A DNA stretch of 64,000 nucleotides from Eledone cirrhosa (taxonomy: Eukaryota), in assembly GCA_964016885.1 (NCBI GenBank), contig OZ024743.1:224812001-224876000 (forward strand), read 5' to 3'. The translations under genes and the position numbers were made by a program. Below are positions 24,356 to 38,283 of this stretch, one piece after another (the first letter of the stretch is position 1; every line of letters begins with the position of its first letter). The notes under the pieces were generated by a model. The model ran no database searches. It was not told the origin of the DNA and worked only from the letters and a program-made list of their open reading frames with translations.

Positions 24356-26949
24356 CGTGTGTGTGTGTGTGTGTGTGTGCCAGTGTGCATTGATTTTGTT
24401 TTTATCTGCATGTGTAGGTTCAGGTAAATTTCCCACCAGTTTTTATGAATCTTTACTTATCTATGTGCATGCATATGTATATGCATTCATTCAAATCTCG
24501 ATATTTGTCGCTCTGTCAGTTTGTGCATCTATATATATATATATCATCATCATCATCATTTTACGTCTGCTTTTCCCTGCTTGCAAGGGCGAGACGGGAA
24601 CTGATTCTGGCTTGATTTCTACAGCTAGATGCCCTTCCTAACACCAACCTCATTTACAGTGAGTGCTGGGTGCTTTTTTTTCTGTGGCGCCTACACGTCC
24701 ACTTTACAGTGTGGGCTGGGTGCTTTTTTGCCATGGCACCTCCACGACCACTTTGCAGTGGAATGATAGGGACCCCAGCCCCTATCATCTCATTTCTACA
24801 GCTGAGTAAACTGGAGCAATGTGAAATAAAGTGTCTTGCTCAAGGACACAACACATAATTCCTTTATATAGACACATTGAAATTTGTACACATAAAATGA
24901 ATTTACTGATCATGTATAATATTACTATAGTATATTAAAAAGAATAAAAATAATCTAAAAGATTTGCCATTATTCTTTAATTATTACCTATTTACTATCT
25001 CTTAACATCCTGTAATTATTTAGCTAAAAATGTCTGAAGATAGGTTACTTTATATGTTTATAGTAGCTTTTCTTTTCGGACAGACTATGGTGAAAATTTG
25101 TAGTATCAGACTCAAGACTTTCCTGTTTAATGTGATGCAGTCAATTATACTGAAAATAATGTTGCATATGCTTGGCATTATTATAAATTAAAAAAAAAAA
25201 AATAGGTGCACTCCAAATATATGATATAAAAAAAAATGATAATAATGAATTAATGGCAATCATTAACAAACCTTATTATATGCCACAAACATTTCAAAAA
25301 CAAAATATTCTTATTAGTTATTAATTTTGCAATTAAATCGGCAATATCCTTATATTATATATAAGAATATGATCATGAATACAAGTGGCTGAAATGGGAT
25401 TCTCTGAAGGGTCTTTGGAGTAACGTTACTTGATAGAGTGTGTAACTTAGAGATCAGAGATTCACTCCAGGTAGAGTCGCTACTTCTCCAAATTGAGAGG
25501 TCACAGATTTGACACTATGGGCATGTGGTTAGAAAGAATCACTGGACAGATTTTACGGGCAAAACAAACAGGTAGGAGACCCAGGGGTAGACCCCGAGTA
25601 AGATGGTTGGATAAAATCTATGAGCTTGGCTAGTCACTTTTGGGGATCCAGCTGGACCAATTGGAGAAGATTGCTTTTGACAGGACCCACTGGAAGGAGT
25701 GTTTGAGGATTCTGCCCCCAAGGCCCTTTCAGAAATAAATGGGCAAAAAAGAAGAAGAATTTTCAATATTCATGTCTTGCTACTGTGTTTTGACACAGTA
25801 AAGGATGTTAAGAGTTAAAAAACACATCTATGAAAGTAACCCTTTCCAAATGAGAAGAATCCAAGGGTGTAGAGCTAAATTTCTGTTTTCAATTGTCAAA
25901 ATGTAAGAAGAAACACTGAAGTAATATGATGATATGATGTAAAATGGATGATGAGTACTGGATAAAAATATACCACGTGATGACATTAAAATGTACTTGT
26001 GGCAACTGAAGACTGAAGAAAATATACAAAGATGTGGTGATGTCAGATAGCTAGATGTTCTATCACAGATGTATAGTGATTATAAACTATGAAAAAGGTG
26101 AAAGATGAGTAGAATATAGCTACATGCACACCATCATCCAGTTATCCAGAAGAAGAATTGTTCCTATGAATAAAGAAGTAAACTAACTCTTAAACCAGGT
26201 TATACAATACAATAATTATAGGGATTTCTGTCAAGGCTGCATTAACTTAGAATCAAGAAAAATCAATGTGAAATTTTGGAATTCGTGAGAGGAATGACAT
26301 GGGTTAAAGACTCATTGAATTTGTAACAAATCAGGAACATTAAGATTATGACCTTTAAGAAGAAACTGAACTGAAAATGAACATGGAAGACTTTAAATTG
26401 AGAAAAAAAAGTGAAATAGATTTGTATTGATAAAAACACCCAGTCCAGTATGGTGATTAGTGTTAGAAAGAGCATCCAGCCATAGAAAACCAAGCCCAGA
26501 ATGGAGCATACGAACAAGATGTGGTCATTTGATCTGTCTGACCTCCTAATGTGACTGCCCATCTAATCCATGCAAGCATAGAAAATAAATGCTAAATGAT
26601 GATGATGATGATGATTAAATACACAGAGTACAGTGAAAGAGATAATAGTTCCTTCACAGTTTGTTACAGTTTATTACTGGAACTATCATCTTGTAAGGGT
26701 AAAAAATTAAGATTAATATGAAACTAGAAAGAACTATATTGGTCAGAAAATGAAAACCATAAGTAACATCCCCTCTCATCTATTGTAGTTAGTGTTAGCA
26801 AAAAGCTTATGTTGTGCAATTTTATGTTTTATCCTGTGACAAAAATATGTACACATTCTAGGCACAAACAAGCCAACTAATGTTTTGTGCATACTTGTTT
26901 TTTAATGCTCTCTTCAAGCATGGTAATAAAGCCACTAAAATGCAAGGGA

Positions 26950-27280
26950 TTACTGAGATGGGAAAAGGACAAGATAGAAAAAACATAATTCAAAGAGAGA
27001 GAGATGACGATGATTGATGTTGGTTTTGAATTTTTGCATATTGTAGTGGTCAGGAAAGCAAGAAGCTGGAAGAGACTTCCATAGGTGAGATGTGTGAGGG
27101 AAGAAATTATCAGAATAGAATTTGCGATTGTATTTAGGAACTTCGACTGTAAATGGATGAGACCTAGCCACCGATATTATGCTCTGTTTAAACTTGCGAA
27201 TATGAGTCAACAAACAGGAAAGCTCATCAGAACAATTCTTATCAAAATATTTATAAAAATGGCAAAGAGAGGTAAACATA
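26950..27280 (-). mobile_element. 3' fragment of a CR1/L2/Jockey-type LINE
   Basis: FYKYF...FFPHTSHLWKSLPASCFPDHYNMQKFKTNINH is a typical LINE ORF2 C-terminus. Confidence 0.75.
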
Positions 27281-27649
27281 CTTTATGCATATATGAGTGA
27301 ACATATACACACCTGCACAGTTTTGAGGAAACAGTTGAAACAAGTAAAAGTACAAATTATACAAACAGAGCTATGGAACTCAAACAAAAATACAAAATAG
27401 ATTTCATGTGTTAACCCTTTTAGAACCACATTTCTCATGAAGTTCACTCTATTTTAATTAATTACTGAAAAATTTCGAGGGATTTACTAAAATTATTAAT
27501 TATTTCATTAGTAAAACAGTAACTTAATGTAAGGTTTTTATATAAAATTATGTTTGAAGATTTTAATTTAAATTGGAAACCTTTAAAATGGCTGGTTTTA
27601 TTTCATAGAACCAGAGCCAGTTTTGGCTGAGCTGGTAACTAAAGCGTTT

Positions 27650-28980
27650 AATGATCAACTGGAAAATCCAAATATAGATTTACTGACTGTAGCAGGAAGA
27701 AAGACACTAAAGAAGAAAAGATATCCCAGAAAACACTAAAGTCGATTAAGAAAAGGAGAGAAATGAAAAAAAGCAACCCAGTAGGTGGAATTTGCAGAAG
27801 CTTGTAAAACTATTTGGCAGTAGATCTAAAATTGAGTAAGAGATACAGACAAATATAAGTTTCAAAATAGGCAAAAGAAATTTTATTTTAGGAAAATCAT
27901 AAATTACAGCTACGATGTCTAGAGATGAACAGGTCATAAATGATAGAGAAAAGGATTTTATCAAGATTTATACTCAAGCAAGAAACATTTAAGTGTCTCC
28001 AAAATTAATGATGTATCAAGTAAAAATCAGTAAAGCATTAAGTGAAGATGAAGTGCTCATTGAAATCTTTAAAGGAGACCCAATTTGTAGGCAAGTGAAG
28101 ATCTCTTCACAAAATACATAAAATCAAAAGAAATCCCCAGCTGTGGGAATAATGCCATAATCATACTTTTACGAAAAGAATGATGACATTACAGATGATA
28201 AAAATTACAGACTCATCAACCAGCCAAGGAAACAGGCAGGGTTCAAAAGCAGGTTTTCAACAATCAACCATCTACAGATTATGAAGCAATATAGACAACT
28301 ATTGTGTTTAGGCTTTATTGATTATAAGAAAGCCTTCAACAACATTGAAATCTCAGCTGTACTTGAAAGCTTTTATTGATCATGGGATACATCAAATTTA
28401 TATGCGGATTATTATGAAAATCTATAGCTAGAGAACATCATCTGTACGACTTCACAGGGAAAGTCAACTATGATACTATAACAACTGACAAAAAATATAT
28501 CTATCATTGACAGCAGCTGGTGGAAATGGAATACAGCCATTTATAGAAAGTATAAAGATGAATCTAAGCTGAATGGTATCCTTTTGGTAAATTAAATGAC
28601 ATCATGAAAAACAAGATGCTATTATGTTCAAAGTGTTGAGACATAGTTATCAATGGCCTATGGAGCAGAGATATGGAACCCAAAATATGGAAAGATGCAT
28701 GTTAAGAATCACTAAAAGGAGAAAAAAAATTGTCAATAGATAAGAGAGCAAATAAAGCATATTAAAAAGAGGAGAATATGGAAGTGGACAGGGAATGTGG
28801 TCCAAACAAATGCCAAGAGATGTACAGAGTGGAGACTAAAATAAATAGTTTCACATAATCAGAGTAAACAGAAGATGAAGGAATGAGAAAGATTAGTTTA
28901 ATTAGCAGCACAGGATAAGACCAACTAGCACCAACTTAGGGAGGCCTTTGCCTTATAGTGGGCAGATAATGGCTGACAAT
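27650..28980 (+). mobile_element. Highly decayed RTE-clade LINE (different family)
   Basis: Residual motifs QPRKQAGFKSRFSTINHL, FIDYKKAFN, TYGAE and WKWTG; the 3' end resembles ggaggcctttgcc..cagtggg. Confidence 0.65.
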
Positions 28981-29466
28981 GACAATGATGATAATGCACA
29001 CATACACCCGCACAAACACCTCCACCCAGGCATATATATGATGGGCTTCTACACAGTTCCTGTTTCCCAAATTTTCCTCTCAAGGCATTAATCAACCTGT
29101 GGCTAAAGTAAGACACTTGTTTATTTTTCCCTTCAGTGAGACTGAACCTTAACCACACTGCCTTGGCTGTGAACTTTATTATTAAGTTCAATGGATTGGC
29201 ACTAAAGCATTCTACTACTATTATATTATTCTGAATGTTGGTTTATAAGACATTGGCACCAGAAAGATTGAGATCTAAGAATGAATAATAGAAAGTAATT
29301 TAACACTGAAGAACAAAATGACATAAAGAAGTTAGCAGATTTCTCTTCCAGGCAATTTGATTTAAGATAAAAAGACTTGAATGGTTTATTTCTGTCAGAT
29401 TTTATAATATAGTTAGATTAATGAGAAAATCCTTTTGAAAATATTATTGGCCAGCATGTTACTTAC

Positions 29467-29548
29467 CGAGTCCTAAAGCCAGTGTTTTCATCGATCACTC
29501 GATAGAAGAGTGGATGAGAATATGCATCCCGGATATTCAGCAGTTCTC
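29467..29548 (-). CDS. PDE2: PDE2-like exon ([32 protein letters not shown])
   Basis: caacag/gtaagt, phase 1/2. Resembles PDE2A [25 protein letters not shown]. Confidence 0.96.
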
Positions 29549-29857
29549 CTGTTGAAAATAAAGTTTCAATACAATTAATGTCTTACTAGCAACAACCATA
29601 CATCTCTTGTTATTGTCTTTCTTTTTCTCTCTCTCTCTTGCATACATATCCATACAGCCTCCCTCTCCCTGCCCCCATACATAGTCTGACTTACTCTCAA
29701 AACATACATTGATCATACCTACTTCTGTTATTTCTGATCGTGTTGAATCTCTGTCAGTTACAACAGTGAGTTTTTCAGTTGTTTGATTAAAGGAATAACC
29801 TGCTCATAAAATTAATGTGCAAATGACTGAGCATTTCATACACCCATGCACCCTTAA

Positions 29858-30066
29858 CCCCTTAGCCTTTACATTACTCTATATTTACTACTGTATTTTC
29901 ATGGTAAACACTTTATTTCACATAATTATCTCACATAATATCGAATGTACAAGATTTTGATATTATTTATTTTGAAAACAATATCACAACATAAGTATGA
30001 GCAGCCAGTTATGGCTGGTTTGAACAGAAAGAGGTGAGAGATATGGCCAGTTTAAATACTAAAGGG
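29858..30066. mobile_element. piggyBac-type MITE with TTAA target-site duplication
   Basis: TTAA-cccc...aaggg-TTAA. It interrupts a repeat that is uninterrupted at about 50410-50490. Confidence 0.85.
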
Positions 30067-31183
30067 TTAATATAGTTCTCAGTGAGATTCAGGATGATAA
30101 AATGTATGTGTGGCAAGGCTGAGCTGTTTGGAGTCATTTCTTTTTCAATTGAGTGAACTAGAGCAATGTGCAATAAAGTGTCTTGCTGAAGGACACATTG
30201 TGCCTTATGACCTTCTAATAATATAAACTTCCAAATATACATACAAACACACCACATATTACCTCTTTTGTCTTACTATTTCTTCTCATTTATTTATACA
30301 TTTGCCCACACACATACGCACACATGCACTTACACTCAAAGAGCACATATAAACTATTTCATTCATCATCATCACTGTTTTAGATCCATTTTCCATGCTG
30401 CCATGGGTTGGATGGGTCATCACATTTTGATACTTGATGGGGCAGATGTCCACATCTTGTTCATAAGTACTATTTTGGCATGATTTCTATGGCTAGATGC
30501 TCTTCCTAACACTTTACAGAGTGCATTGGGTACATTTTATCATGGTACCAACACTATCACTTTACAGAGTGGACTTGGTGTATTTTGTTGTGTCACCAGT
30601 ACTACCACTTTACATAGTGGACTGGATGTATTTTATTGTGACACCAGTACTACCACTTTACATAGTGGACTGGATATATTTTATTGTGGCACTAGTAATA
30701 CCACTTTACATTTGGGTGTATTTTATTGGGGTATCATCCATGCTAAATATAATGAAATTTATAAGAAACCTAATTGAGAAGTAGCAAACCAATTTAAGAA
30801 TTATGGAAGAGTTAAAATAACTCTTACAGAATCTGAGATGTAGTTTTTATCTTCATCTAATTCTTTATTCACTAACACCCCTCACTCTTCACCCCTATAT
30901 TTCCATATATGTATATATATTGATTTCTTTTTCTCACTCTTTTATACCATATAGCCAGCCAAAAACAGAGATGATCCTCCATTGAGATTTCTCTCTCTCT
31001 CTAAATAGATATTATATGTGTGTTTGTATACATGCACTAAGAATTGTACAAAGAAAAACCCCAAACAATATATATTGAATATATCATACAAATATATGCC
31101 ATTTACTTAGAGATCATGCAATATTGATTTTAAACTAAATGTAATTCCTCAGAATATTTAACTATAAGGGAAAAATGATTTAC

Positions 31184-31244
31184 CTTTTGTAGCTACATGA
31201 CCAGCAATACCATGTGACCGTGGGAATCGAATCTCTGACTGTGG
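31184..31244 (-). CDS. PDE2: PDE2-like exon (GAF-B, PQSEIRFPRSHGIAGHVATK)
   Basis: ttctag/gtaaat, phase 0/1. Contains the GAF motif GIAGHVAT. Confidence 0.95.
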
Positions 31245-31977
31245 CTAGAAATGAAACATTAGAAAATTTTTTCCTCTCTTTTGAAAAAGATATCCTAACG
31301 TTAAAATATCATGAAATATAAGATAAAAGTATAAATTGTTGGTTTGTTTAGTTTTTCTTAGTCTAGTATTTCAAATTTACACTGTGCTAACTTTCCCAAA
31401 ACAATCATAACCACATATCTCATGATATATTTTTATATAGTTTTATAAAAATAATCTGGTGATATTAATAGAGGGAGGCTAAACACTGGTGCAGCAATAG
31501 GGAAAATGGATGATGATGATATTAATAGCAAAAAGTTGTAGCTAACATAAGTAGATATGGGTAAAAAAATAACTGTATAAAAAGGAAAGGAGCTGATGGT
31601 CAGATTGGACTAAAGAAACAATATTTCTATTGGCTTTTCCATTGTTGATGCTATCTGCCAGTTGAAAATCCTGACAGAAGGAAGAGATATTTGAACTTAG
31701 AATGCACAGAGTTGGTTCAAATATCACAAAGCATCCTTTCCACCTGTTCACCAAACCTGAGCTGATATATTAGTTATTGACCCTAAAAGGACAAAAGGTA
31801 AAATTTCCATCAGTGACATTTGAACTCAGAGTCACAGAACCAGAACAAATACCAATACTTTAATAACTCTGCCAATTGGTCTGATCTGATGACAACAGCA
31901 CAGGCAAGGATGAAACTAATAATAATGTTAATTGTCAACCAACTAATTAATGAATATTATATTGATAAAGCTCCAAC

Positions 31978-32059
31978 CTCATTGTTATCTGTGGTAATCC
32001 CATCAAATACTTTGGCAACCAACTCTTCAGTTTCAGTATCAATCAGAAACACTGAACAC
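31978..32059 (-). CDS. PDE2: PDE2-like exon (GAF-B, CSVFLIDTETEELVAKVFDGITTDNNE)
   Basis: ttacag/gttgga, phase 2/0. Resembles PDE2A CSVFLLDQNELVAKVFDG. Confidence 0.93.
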
Positions 32060-32419
32060 CTGTAATAAAGCAATAACACAAAAACATTATAAATTTGTTA
32101 CATTATTGGGAATATATTATTTCATTAATACTTCATATAATGGTTTCTGATTCAGGCACAAGGACAACAATTTTGGGGGAGGGGAAAGTCAAATAAATCA
32201 ACCCCAGTGCATTACGTACTCTATTTCCTCAACCACATAAGGTAGAAAGGCAAAGCTAACCTCAGTAGGATTTGAACTCAGACCGTAAAGGGCCGCAAAG
32301 CATGGTGTCTGATGCTCTACCGATACGACCAATCCACCGTTCTAATCAACTTTATATAATGGCACAAGATAAGACATTTCAGACACTATTCTCATACTAT
32401 GTCCCGATAATATTAGTAG

Positions 32420-33125
32420 CTAGTATCCTGTGGGCTCTTGCTACTAGCTGCACCTAAACATTGGCCACATATAAAACCTACCTTCTTTGATAGCCTACCT
32501 GTGATCCCACTACATCTCTTGTGTACCCATAGCTTACATTTGGGGCAGAGGATGGAATTTCTACCTACTCCTTTCCTGCACACTGAACAAGGCCATTTCC
32601 TTGAGGAAATCTGGGCCCTGTTTTCCTTTCTATATACTAGGACTTTAGTCTTTGACAAGTTAACTTTAAGACCGTTTGATTTTAGGTTATGCTCTCTAGT
32701 TTGTAATTTCTTCTCTAATTCTGCCATCGTTTCAGCTATAAGGGTTAGATCATCTGCATACAGAAGTTCCCATGGGCAGCCAGTCTTAAACTCTTCTGTT
32801 ATAGCCAGTAGGACAATAATAAACAGGAGAGGGCTAAGGACAGAGCCCTGATGGACATCTACCAGCATGCTAAATTCTACACTATACTCATTGTTAATTC
32901 TAACCTTGCTGATTATTCCTCTATACATGGCTTGTACAGCCCCAACAAGCCACTCATCTACTTCAAGTTTTCTATGAGACCCCCAGATAATGGAATGGGG
33001 GACTGTCAAAAGCTTTCCTCAGGCCACCAAAAGCTCAGTAGAGGGGGTTTACTTTTAGCTAGGTATGTCTCCTGCAGTTGCCTCACGAGGAAGAGAGCAT
33101 CTGTGGTACTTTTACCTGGCACAAA
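32420..33125 (-). mobile_element. RTE LINE RT fragment
   Basis: VHQGSVLSP, LYADD and the PHD-like CSVC..CPKC..H..C motif on the minus strand. Confidence 0.92.
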
Positions 33126-33127
33126 TC

Positions 33128-33400
33128 ATCAGTGGTACTATTATGTTTCCTCCCATTGTATTGTAATGTAATGTCTACGCCATTTTTATTTAATTTATTA
33201 AATAAAATAAAAATGGCATAGACATTACATTACAATACAATGGGAGGAAACATAATAGTACCACTGATAAAGTCACAGATGTGAGACGAAAGAACTTTGA
33301 TAGACTATATATATATATTTATATCTGTATTTTTAACCGCTGGTCAATCAATGATAAACATTGATTGCCAAATAAATTAACTATGGAGATATAAAAGATA
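33128..33400 (+). mobile_element. Fold-back insertion with hammerhead-like core
   Basis: Palindrome 33128-33268 runs into tacca-CTGATAA-aGTC..GAC-GAAAG-aa-CTT-tgata (33259-33302). Confidence 0.7.
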
Positions 33401-33662
33401 CAGAAGAGAAAATCAACCAAACAGTGAGTGTGTTGTTATAATTTCTGGCAATATTATAACAATATGACTCTCCCCAAGTATAACAGTATGTGATGTGCAT
33501 GGAGGATGACCGCTGGATAAAGAAGTACCAAGAAATGCCAGTAGAAGGAGGACACAGTAAAGGAAGACCATGAAAAACATGGGTGGACGTGGTGAGAACA
33601 ATGCTGAATAGAACCTGTCCCACCCTTGCAAGCAGGGAAAAGCGGACGTAAAATGATGATGA

Positions 33663-33724
<62 letters not shown>

Positions 33725-34447
33725 ATTTATGCCTGTTGTTCTATGGTCGGATGTGTCCTCAGTACAGCATATCTCCACTTGACAAGTTCCTTTGTCATCG
33801 CCTTCATGAGATTTAGCGATCTGAGATCAGCTTTCACCACTTCCATCCAGATCTTCCTCTAATGTGGCTTTCTTCCACTGGGATTACTTGGTACTTCTTC
33901 ACAGTGATCATCATCCATGTACATACCAACAGTCTCTTCTCTTGCACACTCCTTCTAATTCCTCTTATACTCAGTTTCTCCCTCAGTTCATCCATGCTTT
34001 GTTGTTCTTGCACACAAACACACACATACATAATATGCCCAACCCTCACTATAAAGTGGTCGTGTAGGTGTCACAAGAAAAGCATCCACTCCGCTCTCTA
34101 AAGTGGTCATGTAGATGTCACGACAAAAAGCACCCAGCACACACTGTAAAGTGGTCATGTAGGTGTCATGACAATACACACCCAGCACACACTGTAAATG
34201 TGGTTGGCATTAGGAAGGGCATCCAGCTGTAGAAAACAAGAAAAATCAGTTTCATGTATGCGAATAAACGTCCTCTGACCTAATCTCTTATTAAGGGACT
34301 GCCTACCCTATTCATGCTAGCATGGAAAATGGATGTTAAATGATGATATATATATATATATATATGTTGCATACAGACCAAGAATAGCAAAAATGTTCTA
34401 CATAAAGTTAAAAGGAACATCTGACCCAATTTGGTTTTCATCCTCAC

Positions 34448-34511
34448 CTTTCTGCTTGGGTTAAGTTCCTCGCTTCTTGCATGATTTCTCTTAACAATTT
34501 GGTCAAGTCAT
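34448..34511 (-). CDS. PDE2: PDE2-like exon (GAF-B start, DDLTKLLREIMQEARNLTQAER)
   Basis: tttcag/gtgagg, phase 1/2. Resembles PDE2A [21 protein letters not shown]. Confidence 0.95.
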
Positions 34512-34828
34512 CTGAAAGAATGGTAATGGTAGAAAAGAAATTAATTCAAAACACATTGCCAAACAAAGGGTTGAGAGAACTGCTTGTGTCAAGGACATAA
34601 CATTTTCCCTAGTGCTGTTGCCATGATAAAATACACCTAGTACACTTTGTAAAGAGCTGGAACATATTTAAGCAAGATGCAGGCCCTCAGCCCTTCTGAG
34701 AGGTCAGCAGCTCTGATTAAGTATTGACTTGTTTTGTGACCTGTCCTGCCCATGTTGGACTGAATATTAGAAGTAGGTGAAAAACAAAAGCAACAAAATT
34801 GAGACTTTCTTAACTGTATTATTCTGTA

Positions 34829-35737
34829 CTAGCAGTGGTACCTGGCGTTGCACAGGATAATGTATTTTGGAACGCGGGCCGCCAACAGACCTAATCGTGG
34901 AAAAACTGCATGCTTGGACAATATGTAAAGAAAATAAACCGAATACTCTGATGGCTGGATAATCTTTAAGATTTACCTCGATGAGGCAGGAAAAATGTAG
35001 GTTTTCACCTAATGCGGGCCCTAGGGGATCAAGAAAATGAATTTTTTTATGTGCATAATATGCCTTTAAATTTCGGGAAAATCGGCTAGATGTAACGCCT
35101 CCAAAAGGCCCTAAGAAGCTGAAAAAAATGAAGTTTTTCACCTAATGCGGGCCCTAGGCCATAAGAAAGTTGGATTTTCTTTGTTTATGGTATGAAGAAG
35201 AGACTAATACATAGTTACAATTTCAAGGAAATCGGTCTGATGTAACGCTTCAAAAAAACCCCTAAAAATCTTTAAAAACGTAGTTTTTCACCTAATGCGG
35301 GAGATTAAAAAGTTGAATTTTTTATGTGCATAACACTCCCTGAAACGAGTAATACACATGTAAAGTTTGAAAAAAATCGGTTGGGTACTTCTCGAGTTTT
35401 AGGGATTCAAACTCACACACACACACAGACAGACATCCTCAGGGAAGTGACGTAATGCAGACAGCCGACATACAGACAGATATTATAAGGGCGCGACGTT
35501 ATATGTATGTATCTATCTAAAAAGAGAAAGACTAAGAATTATAGAGCGAGATCGCTAAATCGCCTAATGCGGTCCCTAGGGCATTGAAAATTTGAAATTT
35601 CTTTTGCTCAGAACACTCCCCGAAACATAAGTATTACATGTGTAAAGTTTGAAAACAGTCGGTTGGGTGGTTCTCGAGTTTTAGGGATTCGAACTCACAC
35701 ACACACAGACAGACATCCTCAGTTTTATATATATAGA
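34829..35737 (-). mobile_element. Non-autonomous Helitron
   Basis: On the minus strand it starts TCTATATATATAAAAC, ends with hairpin cctgtgcaacgccagg ... CTAG, and sits between host A and T. Internal repeats of cctaatgcgg occur at about 35008, 35141, 35291 and 35563. Confidence 0.82.
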
Positions 35738-36774
35738 TAATTATTCCATAAATGATGTATAATAGATGTTAGGGAGAGAAGTAAAAGTTTTTAATCAATT
35801 TATAATGGTTTCGAATTCAAGCAAAAGGCCAGCAGTTTTGGAGAGGGTAAAGTCAATTATATCAACCCCAATACTTGACTGGTATTTTATTTTATTGATC
35901 TCAGATTAATAAAAAGTAAAATTGACCTCAGCAGGATTTTCACTCAAATCTAAATGCCATAAAACAGTTTGTCTGATGCTCTAACATTCGGTGGATTGGC
36001 AGTATCAGTATAGGGTCGGACGTCATGCTTTGACGCATAGAGTTACGGCCCTTGCCATTCTGAGTTCAAATCCCGCCGAGGTTAACTTTGCCTTTCATTC
36101 TTACGGGGTTGATAAAATAAAGTACCAGTAATACACTGGGTATTTGCTGGCCTTGTGCCAAAAGTAGAAACAATTATAACAATCTATATTCTGTCAGTAA
36201 TTTACATATTTCATACTTTAAAACGAATTTACAAAAGTTGCTAAGATATGTTACAAACACTAGCTTTGAAATGAAGAAGTTAGCTATTTTACAACAGTTT
36301 TCTCAATTCTTGAGTCTTTTAAATAAATAATAAGTTTATTGAACTAAAGAAAAAATGTGATAAAAACTGTACAATATAAATGGCAATAAGGAAAGAAGAA
36401 AAAAATTAAGCAACGAAAGAAAGGAAAAAGGAGTGGGAGCAACAGACTGTACACCCTTATTTGATTGATGTGCTTCAGTTGTGCCATGCAGACAAAATGG
36501 CAAAGACATTGTTGTGGGGAATGGCCAAAGATAGCTGCTGCAACAGCCATCCCACTGCATGGGATTCTTTCCTCAGGCGGGCTGCTGTCTTTCTTATTTT
36601 ACAGAGGAAATCAGCAGTTCAGGGACTGAGGACACTTGAGGTCTTGGCAATGACCAGATCAAAAAGGAATCGGTCAAATTCAAAATCAATTGAAACATAA
36701 ACAGTGAAATAAAGTTAGAAATGTGTGACCAATATCATGAGAGTAATTTTAATGGAATTTTATGTGTAACTTAC

Positions 36775-36814
36775 CCAAGTGAGTAAACAAATTTCTAGCA
36801 ACCTGCAGCAGTGC
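36775..36814 (-). CDS. PDE2: PDE2-like exon (ALLQVARNLFTHL)
   Basis: caccag/gtaagt, 40 nt, phase 0/1. Near-identical to PDE2A ALLQVAKNLFTHL. Confidence 0.95.
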
Positions 36815-38171
36815 CTGGTGAAATGAATATGCATAGAATTAGATTCAGCTTTTCAACCAAACATTCTTTGTTTATTAAACAAAATAATAAAAAAAAAACA
36901 AACAGTGTATGACCATGAGGTTAAATTTAATAATCTAGGTGTAATAAATAATGGCTTAGATATAAGATGTAATGATAGCTATTTACAGCTGGGAATTGAA
37001 CAATTAAGAAGTGGGAATGAATGATATGATGAGAAATATCAATTTTTGAGATGGTTGGCAAGCAACCTATTGACCTATTGATTTATCTATACATTGGCAT
37101 TTCTTCACCAATACCATAAATTCTTCTATGTTTATTGTTGTAAGCAGAATGTAATATTCTGATTGACCAATAGCTCATGGTCAAAAGTTCTTGGCTGCTG
37201 GCCTAAAGGTAATGACTTATAAACTCTACACTTTAACTAACAAACACCAACATAAAAAGAAAATGGCAAAAATTCTATAAAACTGCAAATACATTGCTGA
37301 GTTTCTTTCCATAGATATTTTTACTCATTTGATAACAAACTGCCCCACATGAACTCTGTTAGTTTTAATGTGTTTATATTTATCTAAAAATACTTTCCAT
37401 TATAATTTTATGGAAGAACTTTTAAGTTATGCTTCAAACATCAACATAATGAGAAAGCTGGTTATATAACAAAATCACTCCAAATTCTTGTTTATTTACA
37501 AAATTATTTGAAAATCATAAGCAATGTCTTTCATTTGAAATAAGGTAATGAAAAGGTTAAGGTTTCCTGCAACTTAATTGCAAATCTTTACTCACATAGA
37601 CTCAATCTGTCACATGGTTTAATGCCATCACTACCTTGTCCTTGAGTACCTTTAATGAACTTCAATATTTGCAAGCATTTAATAAAGATCTCAATTAAGA
37701 AAATAACTTCCTTCCTTCCACCCTAGTCTTGGAAATCTTGAAATAAAGCATGGCTACTGCCCTTCCCTGACAAGAATGAAAAAAACAAATGTTTCTTCAT
37801 ATCTCCAATTTTAATCTTACTGTCCCTTACAAGCTTGGATCATATATTTTGTCAACTATGTTTAGCCTTTTTGTTACCCTATTTCTAATGACAAACACTT
37901 TATTTCCTGTTGCTCTTTCTACCAGGAGTTGTCACTGACAGATAGCATCAGCAATGGAAAGACCAATAGAAACATTGTTTCTTTGGTCTGATATGACAAA
38001 ATCCACTCCAATTGGCAAGCAAATGAGGTCTGGAATCTTGTCAATCGATCAGAGTGAGAGAGAGAATATAAACAACTTTGTATCATAGAATCAACTTCAG
38101 TTTCAGGCAGTTTGATATCAAACCAGAATCAGTTTGTTACAGTTTAGAACCAATGCATGAATACAACTTAC

Positions 38172-38283
38172 TTTAGTTTGATCTTTGAGTTTTCTTTCAT
38201 TTTGATATGCCAGGGTACTTGTAAGAACCGTAGCTGTGTATTTGAAGCAGTGTTTGATGATGTGTACATCATCTGGGCAGAAC
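38172..38283 (-). CDS. PDE2: PDE2-like exon ([37 protein letters not shown])
   Basis: tttag/gtaagt, phase 2/0. Resembles PDE2[34 protein letters not shown]. Confidence 0.95.
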
